From contig OZ242311.1 in assembly GCA_965207885.1 (NCBI GenBank), positions 5,920,001-5,984,000 on the forward strand: a stretch of 64,000 nucleotides of DNA, given 5' to 3'. The position numbers and the translations under genes are program-made. Below are positions 48,013 to 58,606 of the stretch, one piece after another. Below the pieces are notes generated by a model, which saw only the letters and a program-made list of their open reading frames with translations, had not been told where the DNA came from and searched no databases. This DNA comes from Candidatus Latescibacterota bacterium. Lineage in GTDB: Bacteria; Latescibacterota; UBA2968. Position 1 is the stretch's first letter. Each line of letters begins with the position of its first letter.

Positions 48013-49107
48013 CTAAAAGTTGAATGTGAGTGCGGCGCGAAGCCCTTTGCTATATGTGGGAGCAAGGCTCAGGTTGAGGCGTTGGGGTGACACTTCGACC
48101 CATTTATCAGATTTTGTTATTGCGCCAATCAGTGTAGGGATAACTACAAGTGGGGGTACGTATATCGCAGTGGCTAATAGTTCAGCCAATCCTTGCAAAT
48201 CGCCCCCGCCCCAGTCTGGAACATTTATCAGGATAGTCATAATCGTCCCAGCAGCAAGACCGATTTTCAAGCCTTTGCCTGTGTTTCTATATTGTTTGAG
48301 GCTGACATCAAATTTAGAGATTGAAGAAACAGGCACTTGATAAAAGCTACGTCCTTTTTGGATAACGAGTGTGTCTTGCGTCATTTTAAGGAGCTTGCCA
48401 ATCATTTGTGCCTTCTGAATGGACGGAGCATACACACGCACTCGGGCATTGTATTTAGCACCCGTTTCTCGATAACTCTCGATCTCTCGCATGTGTTTGG
48501 CGACAATGAGGGTATCAATGTCGTTGTATGCTATGTCATAGGTATCAGCCCCATATTTGAGTGTGATACGGCTTGAGTCCTTATCTACAATTCGATTAAT
48601 GGCTTTTCCAGCACCTTGAGATGTATAGACGATGTGAGCATACCATCCCTTTGTGATCTCTGAGGGGTCAATCTGTCCGCGTGACATGACTGTAACGGTC
48701 TTTTGATTGAGCCGTTGGATAGCAGCCTGTTCAGTCTCTAATGCTTTTACCTCTCGTTTTTCCATCTCTTGAATAAACCGTTCCACCTCATTGATTTGTT
48801 TTCCTCGTGAGGTTACTTCCTCGCTCATGATTACTGACAACACTTTGTTGTAAGCAATGGTCTTCTTTCCAAAAAGTGCTCTGAATCGAATCTGAAATGT
48901 GGTCTCGTCAATAGCCTCAATCCAGCCCTTTTCCAATTGCTGTTTATTCTTACTATCGCAATAGGTGACCACAACGTAGGCATCTTGAATGAGCGTATCG
49001 GCATTGACCTGTGCACCTTGCAGGTATGTGGCTGCATACGCCAGCGTTGGAGCCATCGCATTGAGCAAGAGGGTCGCAACTACAAAGATAGTGGCTAATT
49101 TTTTCAT
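48013..49107 (-). CDS. Exported hypothetical protein with repeated small beta-domains, two hydrophobic helices and a C-terminal beta-strand
   Basis: Signal peptide MKKLATIFVVATLLL..AYA, AGGA RBS, ends LRAALTFNF. Confidence 0.75.
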   Translation of the reverse strand: MKKLATIFVVATLLLNAMAPTLAYAATYLQGAQVNADTLIQDAYVVVTYCDSKNKQQLEKGWIEAIDETTFQIRFRALFGKKTIAYNKVLSVIMSEEVTSRGKQINEVERFIQEMEKREVKALETEQAAIQRLNQKTVTVMSRGQIDPSEITKGWYAHIVYTSQGAGKAINRIVDKDSSRITLKYGADTYDIAYNDIDTLIVAKHMREIESYRETGAKYNARVRVYAPSIQKAQMIGKLLKMTQDTLVIQKGRSFYQVPVSSISKFDVSLKQYRNTGKGLKIGLAAGTIMTILINVPDWGGGDLQGLAELLATAIYVPPLVVIPTLIGAITKSDKWVEVSPQRLNLSLAPTYSKGLRAALTFNF

Positions 49108-49146
49108 GAGGTTCTTCCTTGTGAGACGAGTGCACTGGGCAGCTAC

Positions 49147-49728
49147 TTAAAATCGAAGCGTGGCAACAGCGGACAGTCTGCCTTTGGGACCGGACAACAG
49201 ACCTATGGAGACGCGACGAACCTCTGGAGGTTTTCGAAAAAACTCGGACATGATCGCCGTGCTGACAAGGGGGCAGACAACAAGGGCTGGCCAGATTTTT
49301 TCCACTGTCTCGTTTTCCACCATCTTGAACACAGCAAGACTTACCGCACCTCCGATCAAGCTACCTGCCAATGAATATGTGAAGTGATCGTGTGGATCCA
49401 TTCGGTTCATGCCGATGGGCACGCCGACGAGATAGCCAAGCAATAAACCAGGGGTACCATATTCTAATTTACAATATGGGTCCTCTGTGCTGCAGTCACT
49501 AATCGCCCCACCGGCTACGCCTCCCACAAGGCTGAAAAGGACCCCTCCAAGAACACCACCCGCCAACTTGCCAACAATCCGCCTGGATTTGTTCTCTTTT
49601 TTCACAGAAAGCGTATCCGTTTTCTCTTTAAGTCTGTCAATTTCACCGTCTTGAAGGATCACTCCTGCCATCAGTATCTGTGGCAGACATAGACCTAAAA
49701 TCAGAACGATGGCTGTTAAATGTATCAT
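49147..49728 (-). CDS. Hypothetical membrane protein (glycine-zipper-like)
   Basis: Signal peptide, GxxxG-rich helices, ends LSAVATLRF. Confidence 0.7.
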   Translation of the reverse strand: MIHLTAIVLILGLCLPQILMAGVILQDGEIDRLKEKTDTLSVKKENKSRRIVGKLAGGVLGGVLFSLVGGVAGGAISDCSTEDPYCKLEYGTPGLLLGYLVGVPIGMNRMDPHDHFTYSLAGSLIGGAVSLAVFKMVENETVEKIWPALVVCPLVSTAIMSEFFRKPPEVRRVSIGLLSGPKGRLSAVATLRF

Positions 49729-49760
49729 GTATTCACTCTTGAAAAAAGCTGTCTCCTGCC

Positions 49761-49940
49761 TTAAAAAAGCTGATCAGCATTGGGAAAGTGACTTGAAAAT
49801 ATCAGAAAATCGGCAATATCAATGGTTCCATCGCCATTCAGATCCATCTCACCATTAAAACCATCCTCGCCTTCTGATAGCCCAAATGTGGCTACAAATA
49901 GCACATGATCTGATGTATTGACTGCACCATCACCATTAAA
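49761..49940 (-). pseudogene. Orphan dockerin/EF-hand-like domain remnant
   Basis: Hand translation FNGDGAVNTSDHVLFVATFGLSEGEDGFNGEMDLNGDGTIDIADFLIFSSHFPNADQLF*; no convincing start, abuts the P450 terminator. Confidence 0.75.
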
Positions 49941-49941
49941 T

Positions 49942-49975
49942 AAGAAAGGTGCATCCGCCAGGATGCACCTGTTTT
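49942..49975 (-). terminator. Terminator downstream of the P450
   Basis: AGGTGCATCC-4-GGATGCACCT followed by TTCTT. Confidence 0.7.
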
Positions 49976-50066
49976 GCGTTTATTTTAATCTAATCAGTAT
50001 GAAGTGTGAGATGAAGTACCAGCCTTTTGGAGGTTGGATGGCCTTCTAACTTCTTCCTTCTAACTT

Positions 50067-51320
50067 CTAACTTCTTTCCACCTCCACCCACAATTCACTT
50101 AGCCCGCGCAAAGTGATCTGGTGCCGGCGCACGGGTTCGGCGCTTAGTCGAATCGAAGCGTATCGCTTCAGCAGGGCGGCAAAGGCCACTTTGGCCTCCA
50201 TGACGGCAAGCGACGCGCCCAGGCAGTAATGGATGCCGCGTCCGAAAGAGAGGTGGCTCGTTTTCTTTCGGCCTATGTCCAGGGTAGAGGGATCGGAAAA
50301 CACGGCGGGGTCGCGGTTTGCTGCGCCGATCAGGGAGAAGATGGGTTGGCCTGCGCGGATTCGCTTGTTGCGGATTTCCACATCTTCGAGCGCGATGCGC
50401 CGGTCAATCTGAACGGGTGGGTCGTATCTCAGGAATTCGTGTATTGCCAGATCCAGCAAGTCGGGCTGGCGGCGGAGACGCTGGAACTGGTCGGGGTTTC
50501 TCAAGAGGGCGAGCATGCCGTTGCCGATCAGGTTGCGCGTTGTTTCGTTGCCAGCCACGAGCAAGAGGATCAGGGTTGTCACCAGTTCTGCGTGCGTCAA
50601 GCGGTCGCCCGCTTCTTCTGCGGCCACGAGATCGCTGGTCAGGTCGGCCTGTGGTTTGCGCCGTCGCTGTGCTATGATTTCCTCGAAGTACGCTTCCAAC
50701 TCCACCCGGGCCTGCCGCGCCCGTTTGATGTTTTCGTCGTCGAGGATCGGTTCGATGCTAAGTGAAATCAGATTTGACCACGCTTTGAACCGGTCCAGGT
50801 CCTCGGTGTGGACCCCCAGCATTTGGGCGATGACAATAACCGGCAGGGGAAATGCGAAGGCGTTCATCAGGTCGAAGCGGGTTTGTCCTTCGATGGCGTG
50901 CAAGAGGTCATCGGCAATTTTTTCGACTTTGGGCTGAAGAGCCGCGACGGATTTGGGGGTGAATGCCCTGGAGACCAGGGCGCGCAGCCGGGTGTGGTCG
51001 GGAGGATCGAGGGCGAGCATGCCCAGAGGGCCGATGCGGACATAGGTATCGGTGGGCAGTCCCTGGTTGGAAAAACGCGCGTGATCCCGCAAAATAGCAT
51101 CTACGTCCCGGTAGCTGCTCACAGCCCACGCATCGATCAGTCTCATGCGGTGGATTGGGTCTTTGAGGCGCAATTGTTCGTACAGGTCGTACGGATCGGC
51201 GAGAACTTCGTCGGATCCGGGGTGGTAGGCAACGCCCGTTTCGAGGCGTTCATAGGTGAGTAGCGCCCGTGCGGCAAGCGGCTTGAGACTGTTCTCGATT
51301 GCCCGAGTTATTGAAGTCAT
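50067..51320 (-). CDS. Cytochrome P450
   Basis: DPPDHTRLR, AGNETT (I-helix), EFLR (ExxR), FGRGIHYCLG heme motif. Confidence 0.96.
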   Translation of the reverse strand: MTSITRAIENSLKPLAARALLTYERLETGVAYHPGSDEVLADPYDLYEQLRLKDPIHRMRLIDAWAVSSYRDVDAILRDHARFSNQGLPTDTYVRIGPLGMLALDPPDHTRLRALVSRAFTPKSVAALQPKVEKIADDLLHAIEGQTRFDLMNAFAFPLPVIVIAQMLGVHTEDLDRFKAWSNLISLSIEPILDDENIKRARQARVELEAYFEEIIAQRRRKPQADLTSDLVAAEEAGDRLTHAELVTTLILLLVAGNETTRNLIGNGMLALLRNPDQFQRLRRQPDLLDLAIHEFLRYDPPVQIDRRIALEDVEIRNKRIRAGQPIFSLIGAANRDPAVFSDPSTLDIGRKKTSHLSFGRGIHYCLGASLAVMEAKVAFAALLKRYASIRLSAEPVRRHQITLRGLSELWVEVERS

Positions 51321-51339
51321 CGTTGCGCTCCTTCACACG

Positions 51340-51375
51340 AAAGCCCCGTTTGACTTTTGTCAGACGGGGCTTTCG
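51340..51375 (-). terminator. Stem-loop/terminator
   Basis: GAAAGCCCCGT..TGAC-loop-GTCA..ACGGGGCTTTC. Confidence 0.6.
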
Positions 51376-51394
51376 ATATTGGTGGGTATATGCT

Positions 51395-52594
51395 TCAAGC
51401 GTTTTTCAGGGCGTTTACGGCTTCTATCAATCGCCGGTCGGCTTTGTAGCGCAATTCTAAGATCGCGTCTATATCAGCCAGTGCGTTGGACTCGGCCTGT
51501 AGGCGGCACACGTCAATGCGGTCTGACAGGGCATTCATCACCACGTCGAGCAACATCAAATCTGTGACATCGTCGGCTACCATACACTCGTCGGCCAGGA
51601 CTTTGCGGATCATTTGCAGAGGTGCTTTGAGCTTCTCGGCATCTGGAATGGTTTCGCTTTTTCCATTGTTGACCAGTTCGGGCGACAAGCTGCCGAGAAA
51701 GCCTTCGCTGATGAATTGCCGCGTTTTGTCTTCGGTCCACGATTGCGCCAATATTTGTGTCAATCTGTTCGATGGTTGTTCGGGTTTCTGGCGGCGATTG
51801 CGACCGCGATCGCTTGTGCGCTTTGAAGTCCGCTGTTTGTTCTGATCGCCCTGATTGCGTCCGCTATGTGGACGAGATACTTTGCGGGTATCTTGCACAT
51901 TGCGGGTATCTTCTTTTTTTGGTTCATCCCGCTGGGCCTGAGGAGGTGTTTCGGTTCGCGCTTGCGGTGGTGCTTCCACTGGTTCTGCAGATGCTTCAAC
52001 GGGTTGGTTCTCTGCAGTCGCGTCCTGCCGCCGCGTGGGTTGAGCAGGTGTGCTTACACCGGCGCGATCTTCCCAGCCAATTGGTGCAGACCGCCTTGTT
52101 CGACGCCCCCATTGCATTTCTTCTGGTTGCACATCCTGGGGCGTTTGTGTTTGCGCGGTTTCTGCCTCTTTTCGATTCTGTTCGGCGGAAGCCGTTGCTT
52201 CGACCTTTTCCCTTTCTCTACGCCGTCTGGATGGCGGCGATGAAATTACCGTGCGCTCTTCCTGTGCGGCAGGCATTTCAGCCTTTTTTTCAGACTTCTT
52301 GGCTTGCTGCGCTGGTTTCCTGGCCTTTTTTGTTGGCTTTTTGGCTTTTTGCACAGGTTTTTTGGCTGATTGCTTTTTCGCTGTTTTTTTGGATGGTTGC
52401 TTTTTTGCAGGCTTTTTGGACGACCGCTTTTTCGATACACGCGGTGTAGAAGATCTGGTGTTCGTTTTCTTTGCAGGTTTTTTGGCTGTTTTTTTTGTTG
52501 CCTGCTTTTTTGACGGGCGTTTTGCTTTTTTTGCTGTGGATGTCGCGCCTTGTGTTTCCCGAGGTTCTTCAGCCTGTGTTTTCGCTTTTGCCAT
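51395..52594 (-). CDS. Lys/Ala-rich (histone H1-like) disordered protein with helical C-terminal domain
   Basis: AKKPAKK/KKTAKK repeats, AAGGA RBS before ATG 52594. Confidence 0.7.
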   Translation of the reverse strand: MAKAKTQAEEPRETQGATSTAKKAKRPSKKQATKKTAKKPAKKTNTRSSTPRVSKKRSSKKPAKKQPSKKTAKKQSAKKPVQKAKKPTKKARKPAQQAKKSEKKAEMPAAQEERTVISSPPSRRRREREKVEATASAEQNRKEAETAQTQTPQDVQPEEMQWGRRTRRSAPIGWEDRAGVSTPAQPTRRQDATAENQPVEASAEPVEAPPQARTETPPQAQRDEPKKEDTRNVQDTRKVSRPHSGRNQGDQNKQRTSKRTSDRGRNRRQKPEQPSNRLTQILAQSWTEDKTRQFISEGFLGSLSPELVNNGKSETIPDAEKLKAPLQMIRKVLADECMVADDVTDLMLLDVVMNALSDRIDVCRLQAESNALADIDAILELRYKADRRLIEAVNALKNA

Positions 52595-52680
52595 AATTTC
52601 CTTTCGCAAATGGTTAGCTCAAATTTGGTTTAAGTCTTTGATAATATAGATAAAACTGCCCACAAATTCAACCAAACACA

Positions 52681-52711
52681 AAAAAAAGGGCTGACCAGCG
52701 GTCAGCCCTTT
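52681..52711 (-). terminator. groEL terminator
   Basis: AAAGGGCTGACC-loop-GGTCAGCCC followed by a T tract on the minus strand. Confidence 0.85.
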
Positions 52712-52742
52712 GTGGAGGTCAAGCATATTTTGACAATCCGAT

Positions 52743-54362
52743 TTAGTGCATGTGCCCGTGATCGTGGGCGGGCGCTGCACCTTCGTTTTCTTCTGGCAGA
52801 TCTGTCACCAGGGCTTCGGTTGTCAATAACAGTCCCGCGATGGACGCTGCATTTTCCATCGCAGTACGCACTACTTTTGTGGGATCAATTACACCGGAAT
52901 CTACGAGGTCTTCGTATTGCTCGGTGCGTGCATTAAACCCGTAAGCGCCTTCGCCTTCGTTCACTTTTTGCACGACGAGGCTGCCTTCTATGCCGGCATT
53001 ATCGGCGATTTGACGCAGGGGGGCTTGCAGTGCGCGACGCACGATATCTACGCCTGTGCTCTGGTCGCCATGCACATCCGTTTCGTCTAATGCGCCAAGG
53101 CTGCGCAGGAGGGCGACTCCGCCGCCGGGTACGATGCCTTCTTCAACTGCAGCGCGCACGGAGTGAAGTGCGTCTTCGACGCGGGCTTTCTTTTCTTTCA
53201 TTTCTGTTTCTGTTGCCGCACCAACGTTGATGACGGCCACGCCTCCGGCCAATTTTGCCAATCGCTCTTCGAGTTTTTCGCGGTCATAGTCAGAGGTGGT
53301 ATCTTCAATTTGCCGACGAATCTGGCTCGTTCGACCTTGAATATCGGCTATAGACCCAATGCCTTCTACAACTGTGGTGTTGTCTTTGTCGATCACTACG
53401 CGCTTGGCCTGCCCGAGGTCGCTAATCTCGACGTTTTCGAGCTTTATGCCGAGGTCTTCCGTTATCACGCGCCCACCTGTTAGCACGGCGATGTCACCCA
53501 ACATTTCTTTGCGGCGGTCGCCATATCCCGGTGCTTTTACCGCACAGGCAGCGAGGGTGCCGCGCACTTTGTTGACGACAAAAGTGGCGAGAGCTTCACC
53601 TTCGACGTCTTCGGCGATGACCAGAAGCGGCTTGCCTGCACCGGCAACTTTTTCGAGCAGAGGCAATAAGTCGTTCATGTTTGACAACTTCGCCTCGTGA
53701 ATGAGGATCAGCGCGTCTTCCAGTATGGCTTCCATGTTTTCCTGATCGGTCACAAAATAGGGCGATAGATAACCGCGGTCAAACTGCATTCCTTCGACCA
53801 CATCCAGTGTTGTCTCGATGCTTTTGGCCTCTTCGACCGTGATTGTGCCATCTTTGCCGACTTTGTCCATTGCGTCGGCTATAATTTCACCAATGCTGCT
53901 GTCACTGTTGGCGGATATTGTCCCTACTTGTGCAATTGAGTTGCGGTCTTTTACCGGCTGGCTCTGGTCTCCCAGTGCTTTGACTACGGATGCAACAGCC
54001 GCGTCGATACCGCGTTTGAGATCCATCGGGTTGGCTCCGGCGGTCACATTGCGCAAGCCTTCGCGGAAAATCGCTTCGGCGAGTACTGTCGCTGTGGTTG
54101 TGCCGTCGCCCGCAATGTCAGAAGTCTTGGAAGCGACTTCTTTGACCATCTGTACGCCCATGTTTTCGTAGGCGTCTTCGAGTTCGATTTCTTTTGCAAC
54201 GGTCACGCCGTCTTTTGTCACGGTGGGGGATCCCCAGGATTTTGCGACAACCACATTTCGTCCAGCAGGTCCCAACGTGGCTTTCACGGCTTTGCTCAAG
54301 AGCGTTACACCGTCGAGAATACGCTCGCGAGCATCTATTCCATAGGCAATCTGTTTTGCCAT
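52743..54362 (-). CDS. groEL: Chaperonin GroEL
   Basis: [45 protein letters not shown]. Confidence 0.98.
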   Translation of the reverse strand: MAKQIAYGIDARERILDGVTLLSKAVKATLGPAGRNVVVAKSWGSPTVTKDGVTVAKEIELEDAYENMGVQMVKEVASKTSDIAGDGTTTATVLAEAIFREGLRNVTAGANPMDLKRGIDAAVASVVKALGDQSQPVKDRNSIAQVGTISANSDSSIGEIIADAMDKVGKDGTITVEEAKSIETTLDVVEGMQFDRGYLSPYFVTDQENMEAILEDALILIHEAKLSNMNDLLPLLEKVAGAGKPLLVIAEDVEGEALATFVVNKVRGTLAACAVKAPGYGDRRKEMLGDIAVLTGGRVITEDLGIKLENVEISDLGQAKRVVIDKDNTTVVEGIGSIADIQGRTSQIRRQIEDTTSDYDREKLEERLAKLAGGVAVINVGAATETEMKEKKARVEDALHSVRAAVEEGIVPGGGVALLRSLGALDETDVHGDQSTGVDIVRRALQAPLRQIADNAGIEGSLVVQKVNEGEGAYGFNARTEQYEDLVDSGVIDPTKVVRTAMENAASIAGLLLTTEALVTDLPEENEGAAPAHDHGHMH

Positions 54363-54377
54363 AACACCAATCTCCTT

Positions 54378-54665
54378 CTACTGAATAATGCCCAATACGT
54401 CATCTTCGTTTACGATTACGTACTCATCGCCGTCAACTTCAATTTCTGTGCCGGCGTATTTGCCAATTAAAATTTTTTCTCCGGATTTTACCGCTGGCGC
54501 AATCACGTCGCCGTTCTTATTGCGTTTGCCCGGCCCAACGGCAACGACCTCTGCTTCCTGAGGCGTTTCTTTAGCAGTATCGGGGATGATAATGCCCCCC
54601 TTCACTTGCTCTTCAGCATCCACCCGTCGCACCAGAATGCGATCGGAAAGCGGACGGACATTCAT
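54378..54665 (-). CDS. groES: Co-chaperonin GroES
   Basis: RPLSDRILV, GGIIIPDTAKE, AVGPG, KYAGTE. Confidence 0.98.
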   Translation of the reverse strand: MNVRPLSDRILVRRVDAEEQVKGGIIIPDTAKETPQEAEVVAVGPGKRNKNGDVIAPAVKSGEKILIGKYAGTEIEVDGDEYVIVNEDDVLGIIQ

Positions 54666-54724
54666 GAGAACCCTCCTTGAAAAACAGTTGGTTAAATGTA
54701 ATAAATTTAACTTGTTATATGTTA

Positions 54725-54751
54725 TTAGCCACTCATCCTGTTGAGTGCTAA
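54725..54751 (-). promoter_or_regulatory. CIRCE-like HrcA operator
   Basis: TTAGCACTC-AACAGGAT-GAGTGGCTAA (27 nt, one arm imperfect) upstream of groES. Confidence 0.8.
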
Positions 54752-54759
54752 GGCGGGAA

Positions 54760-54788
54760 AATATACAAGTGCATCAATATTTGTGCAA
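54760..54788 (-). promoter_or_regulatory. Sigma70-type groESL promoter
   Basis: TTGCAC-17 nt-TATATT immediately upstream of the CIRCE. Confidence 0.65.
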
Positions 54789-54799
54789 GTGAAAAGACG

Positions 54800-54868
54800 G
54801 TGAGACGTGAGATGTGAGACGTGAGAGGGGATAGGGTGGTCCTCTCACCTTTTACGTCTTACCTCTTA
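54800..54868. repeat. Inverted 7-mer tandem repeats
   Basis: (GTGAGAC)n ... CTCTCACCTTTTACGTCTTACCTCTTAC. Confidence 0.8.
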
Positions 54869-55339
54869 CCCGCTTTCAGCCAACTTCGTTTTTTTCTGAG
54901 CCAATACTTTTTCCAGATGATCAATTTGCTCTTTGAGTAGTTCAGGAGTTTCTGGCGCGCCCGTTTCTTCCGGTGGCGGCGGTATTTCAGCCGGCAAATG
55001 CGCATCTTCCCAATCCCCGTATCCGCCGTCCATTGAGATCACTTTTTCGTATCCCATGGCTTTCAAGGTTTCGCCAGCGAGGAGTGAGCGCACGCCGCCT
55101 GCGCAGATTACAATGACTTCACGCGATTTGTCGGGTATTGCCGATTCTGCCTGGTATTCCAATTCTCCGCGCGGTATGTGTACTGATCCTTTTAAGTGCC
55201 CGCGCTCCCATTCGTCCAGTCCGCGCACGTCGAGTAATACGGGATTCTCACCTTCTTCTATGTACTCATGTACTTCCTGTACAGTCATTTCTGGAATGTT
55301 TTGACGCGCATCATCCAGCAAATTTTCACGCGACTTCAT
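54866..55339 (-). CDS. Rhodanese-like sulfurtransferase
   Basis: LLDVR..EWERGHL.G..HIP, active-site CAGGVRS, MDGGYGDW. Confidence 0.9.
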   Translation of the reverse strand: MKSRENLLDDARQNIPEMTVQEVHEYIEEGENPVLLDVRGLDEWERGHLKGSVHIPRGELEYQAESAIPDKSREVIVICAGGVRSLLAGETLKAMGYEKVISMDGGYGDWEDAHLPAEIPPPPEETGAPETPELLKEQIDHLEKVLAQKKTKLAESG

Positions 55340-55360
55340 ACGTTTATCTCCTCATTGCTT

Positions 55361-58300
55361 TTAAACTCTTCCATGGCAGTGTTTGTACTTTTTTCCACTT
55401 CCGCACGGACACGGCGCGTTTCGCCCCACCTTTTTTTCAACGCGCACAGGCTGTTTTTTCGGCGTATCGCCTTCTGTGGAATTGGCGGTCAATTCATCGG
55501 TGCCCGGTTCGGGCATGCCGGCAAAGCCCATTCCCGTGGCATCGCGGTGTTCCAATGACAGGCGTGCGGGCTGTTGGGTGCGCGGTTGTGCGGGTGTTTC
55601 TTCAACAGAAATGCGGAATAACAATCGCAGGGTTTCGCGGTTGATGTCTTCGAGCAATGCCACAAACATTTCATAACCTTCGCGCTTGTACTCGATCAAT
55701 GGATTTTTTTGTCCATAACCGCGAAGGCCAATGCCCTCTTTCAGATCGTCCATCTCGCGGAGGTGTTCTTTCCACTTTTCATCAAAGACGCTCAGGTAAA
55801 TCATGCGTTCTATCTGGCGCATGCGGTCTTCCCCCAGAACCCTTTCGCGGCGATCATAAGCCTCGCGGAGCCCGCGCAACACGCGATCTCGCAAACCCGC
55901 TTCGCGCAATTGGGGCAGATCTTCATCGGGTATGATGGGGGCTTGCAAAAACACATTGCGCAAATCTTCCATCAAGCCATCAAAATTCCAGTCTTCGGGA
56001 TGTGCGTCGGGCGGTATGTGAATATCGAGTAGTGCATCGACGGTTTCGTCGATCATTTCGCTGATCATCGCCGATATATCTTCTTCTTCCAGCGCGTGTC
56101 TGCGTCTGTCGTAAATCACTTCGCGCTGTTGATTCATGACGTCGTCGTAATCCAGCACCTGTTTTCGAAATTCAAAATTTCGCGCTTCAACCCGTTTTTG
56201 CGCGGTCTCAATGGACTTTGTCACCCAGCTGTGTTCGATCACTTCGCCTTCTTCGGCTCCCAGGCGGTCCATGACGCGGGCAATGCGCTCGGATCCAAAT
56301 AGGCGCATCAAATCGTCTTCCAGTGAGATGAAAAACCGCGAGCTTCCCGGGTCCCCTTGCCGCCCAGAGCGACCGCGCAATTGCCGGTCAATGCGCCGGG
56401 ATTCGTGTCGTTCGGTGCCGATAATATTCAATCCACACGGGACTTCATCCCGACATCCGTATTCGTCTATGTAGGGACACAGGGGCCGGGTGTTATCGGG
56501 ATCTGCAATCAATGCACACTGGTGTCCTTCGGGTGCTTTTATGATGCCGGGTCCCAGTTTGATATCTGTACCGCGCCCGGCCATATTGGTTGCTATTGTC
56601 ACGGCACCGGGTTGCCCGGCCTGCGCGATGATCTGCGCTTCTTGTACATTTTGTCGGGCATTGAGCACCTGGTGTTTGATTTTTTTGCGCGTGAGCATCC
56701 GCGAAATCAATTCGGAGGTTTCAACGGAAATTGTGCCGACCAGGACTGGCAATTTTTGTTCGTGCAAATGCACGATTTCATCGAGTAGGGCATTGTATTT
56801 TTCGCGTTTTGTGCGGTATATCCAGTCGTTGAAGTCGATGCGGCGCACTGGCTCATGCGTTGGGATCGATACCACATCGAGCTTGTAGATTTGATGAAAT
56901 TCTTCTGCTTCTGTTTCGGCAGTGCCCGTCATTCCCGCCAGTCGGTCATAGAGTCTGAAGTAATTTTGCAACGTAATGGTTGCCACTGTTTGCGTGTCGC
57001 GTTCGACTTTTACCTTTTCTTTTGCTTCCAATGCCTGGTGCAATCCATCGGCAAAACGGCGTCCGGGCTGTGGCCGTCCCGTAAATTCATCGACGATGAC
57101 AACCTTGCCGTCGTCGATCATATATTGCACGTCTTTTTCGTATAGAGAATAGGCTTGCAACAATTTTCGCACGCTGTGGATGGATTCATTTTTTTCTCCA
57201 TAGTCCTGATAGGCGGCTTCTTTTGCGTGGTCTTTGTCTGAATCGGATAGCGATTTATTCTGTTCGATATCCCCAAGTACTTCATCGAGGTCTGGCAATA
57301 CAAAGTCGTCTGGATTGCGGCTGATTTCGTCGCGACCCTTTTCTGTCAGGTCGATGATGTGGCTTTTTTCATCGATGCTAAAATAGAGGTCTTCGTCCAG
57401 TTCCCCGGTGCGCTTGTCGCGGATATAATCGGATTCAACCCGCTGTACGAGGCGCTTGATGCCCTCTTCCTGAAGTCGCTTCATGAAGCGACTATTTTTG
57501 GGCATTCCACGCTGGACCTGCAATAACAAGATGCCGGCCTCGTATTCGTCGCCAGACTCGAGTTCTTCTTCTGCTTGCTTTAAAATATTGTTTACGATTC
57601 GGGTTTGGGCGCGTACCAATTTTTCGACCAGCGGACGCATTTCTTCATACCGATGCGACGAGGATTCCGACACGGGTCCCGAAATGATCAGCGGTGTGCG
57701 CGCCTCGTCAATCAGGATGCTATCTACTTCGTCGATAATTGCAAAATAGTGCTCGCGCTGTATCAGGTCTTCGGGGCGTATTGCCATGTTATCGTAGAGA
57801 TAATCAAAACCAAACTGGTCTTTTGTGCCGTACACGATATCCATGAGACAGGCGTCTTTGTGGTCACACGCGCGCATGCGATACCCGTCTTTCCCCTCTT
57901 CTTCCATAATAAAACCTTCCACGCCCAACGCGCGATCCTGAATGACGCCTACGGTGAGGCCCAGGAACAAATACACGGGTCCCAACCACATGGCGTCGCG
58001 CTTGGCCAGGTAGGAGTTTACGGTGACGAGATGCACGCCGCGCCCGAGCAAGCCATTTAAGTACAGAGCCAGGCCCGCAGCCAGTGTTTTGCCTTCGCCC
58101 GTGGCCATTTCGGCGATTTTGCCCTGATGCAATACGGTTGCACCGACCAATTGCACGTCATAGGGTATTTCATGCCACACGATTTGATCGCCAGCCCGAT
58201 CCCAGGACTTCTCCCGCTCTTTGAAGCGGCGACACGTTTCCTTAAAGACGGCAAATGCCTCTGGATGGATTTCATCGAGTACGTCGCGTTCAATATCCTT

Positions 58301-58579
58301 GATTTCGGCTTCGATTTCGGCAATGGCTTCCAATTGTTCGGTGCGGTCTTCGTCTCGCTGCATCGCGTCCAGTTCTTCTTTGAGCTGATTGAGCTGCTCT
58401 TGAGCATCATCAGTCGCTTCGGCAATGCGCGCGCGGAACTCCGCTGTTTTGCCCTTTAATGCCTCGTCGGACAAAGAGGCATATTCTTCGTAGAGTTGAT
58501 TAATTTCATCCACGATCGGTTGCATTTTCTTTACGTCCCGATCGTGTTTGCTGCCGAAAATTTTTGTTAGGAAGTTCAT
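55361..58579 (-). CDS. secA: Preprotein translocase ATPase SecA
   Basis: [69 protein letters not shown]. Confidence 0.98.
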   Translation of the reverse strand: MNFLTKIFGSKHDRDVKKMQPIVDEINQLYEEYASLSDEALKGKTAEFRARIAEATDDAQEQLNQLKEELDAMQRDEDRTEQLEAIAEIEAEIKDIERDVLDEIHPEAFAVFKETCRRFKEREKSWDRAGDQIVWHEIPYDVQLVGATVLHQGKIAEMATGEGKTLAAGLALYLNGLLGRGVHLVTVNSYLAKRDAMWLGPVYLFLGLTVGVIQDRALGVEGFIMEEEGKDGYRMRACDHKDACLMDIVYGTKDQFGFDYLYDNMAIRPEDLIQREHYFAIIDEVDSILIDEARTPLIISGPVSESSSHRYEEMRPLVEKLVRAQTRIVNNILKQAEEELESGDEYEAGILLLQVQRGMPKNSRFMKRLQEEGIKRLVQRVESDYIRDKRTGELDEDLYFSIDEKSHIIDLTEKGRDEISRNPDDFVLPDLDEVLGDIEQNKSLSDSDKDHAKEAAYQDYGEKNESIHSVRKLLQAYSLYEKDVQYMIDDGKVVIVDEFTGRPQPGRRFADGLHQALEAKEKVKVERDTQTVATITLQNYFRLYDRLAGMTGTAETEAEEFHQIYKLDVVSIPTHEPVRRIDFNDWIYRTKREKYNALLDEIVHLHEQKLPVLVGTISVETSELISRMLTRKKIKHQVLNARQNVQEAQIIAQAGQPGAVTIATNMAGRGTDIKLGPGIIKAPEGHQCALIADPDNTRPLCPYIDEYGCRDEVPCGLNIIGTERHESRRIDRQLRGRSGRQGDPGSSRFFISLEDDLMRLFGSERIARVMDRLGAEEGEVIEHSWVTKSIETAQKRVEARNFEFRKQVLDYDDVMNQQREVIYDRRRHALEEEDISAMISEMIDETVDALLDIHIPPDAHPEDWNFDGLMEDLRNVFLQAPIIPDEDLPQLREAGLRDRVLRGLREAYDRRERVLGEDRMRQIERMIYLSVFDEKWKEHLREMDDLKEGIGLRGYGQKNPLIEYKREGYEMFVALLEDINRETLRLLFRISVEETPAQPRTQQPARLSLEHRDATGMGFAGMPEPGTDELTANSTEGDTPKKQPVRVEKKVGRNAPCPCGSGKKYKHCHGRV

Positions 58580-58606
58580 TGTGATTATCCTGTGGATAAT
58601 GAGGTG

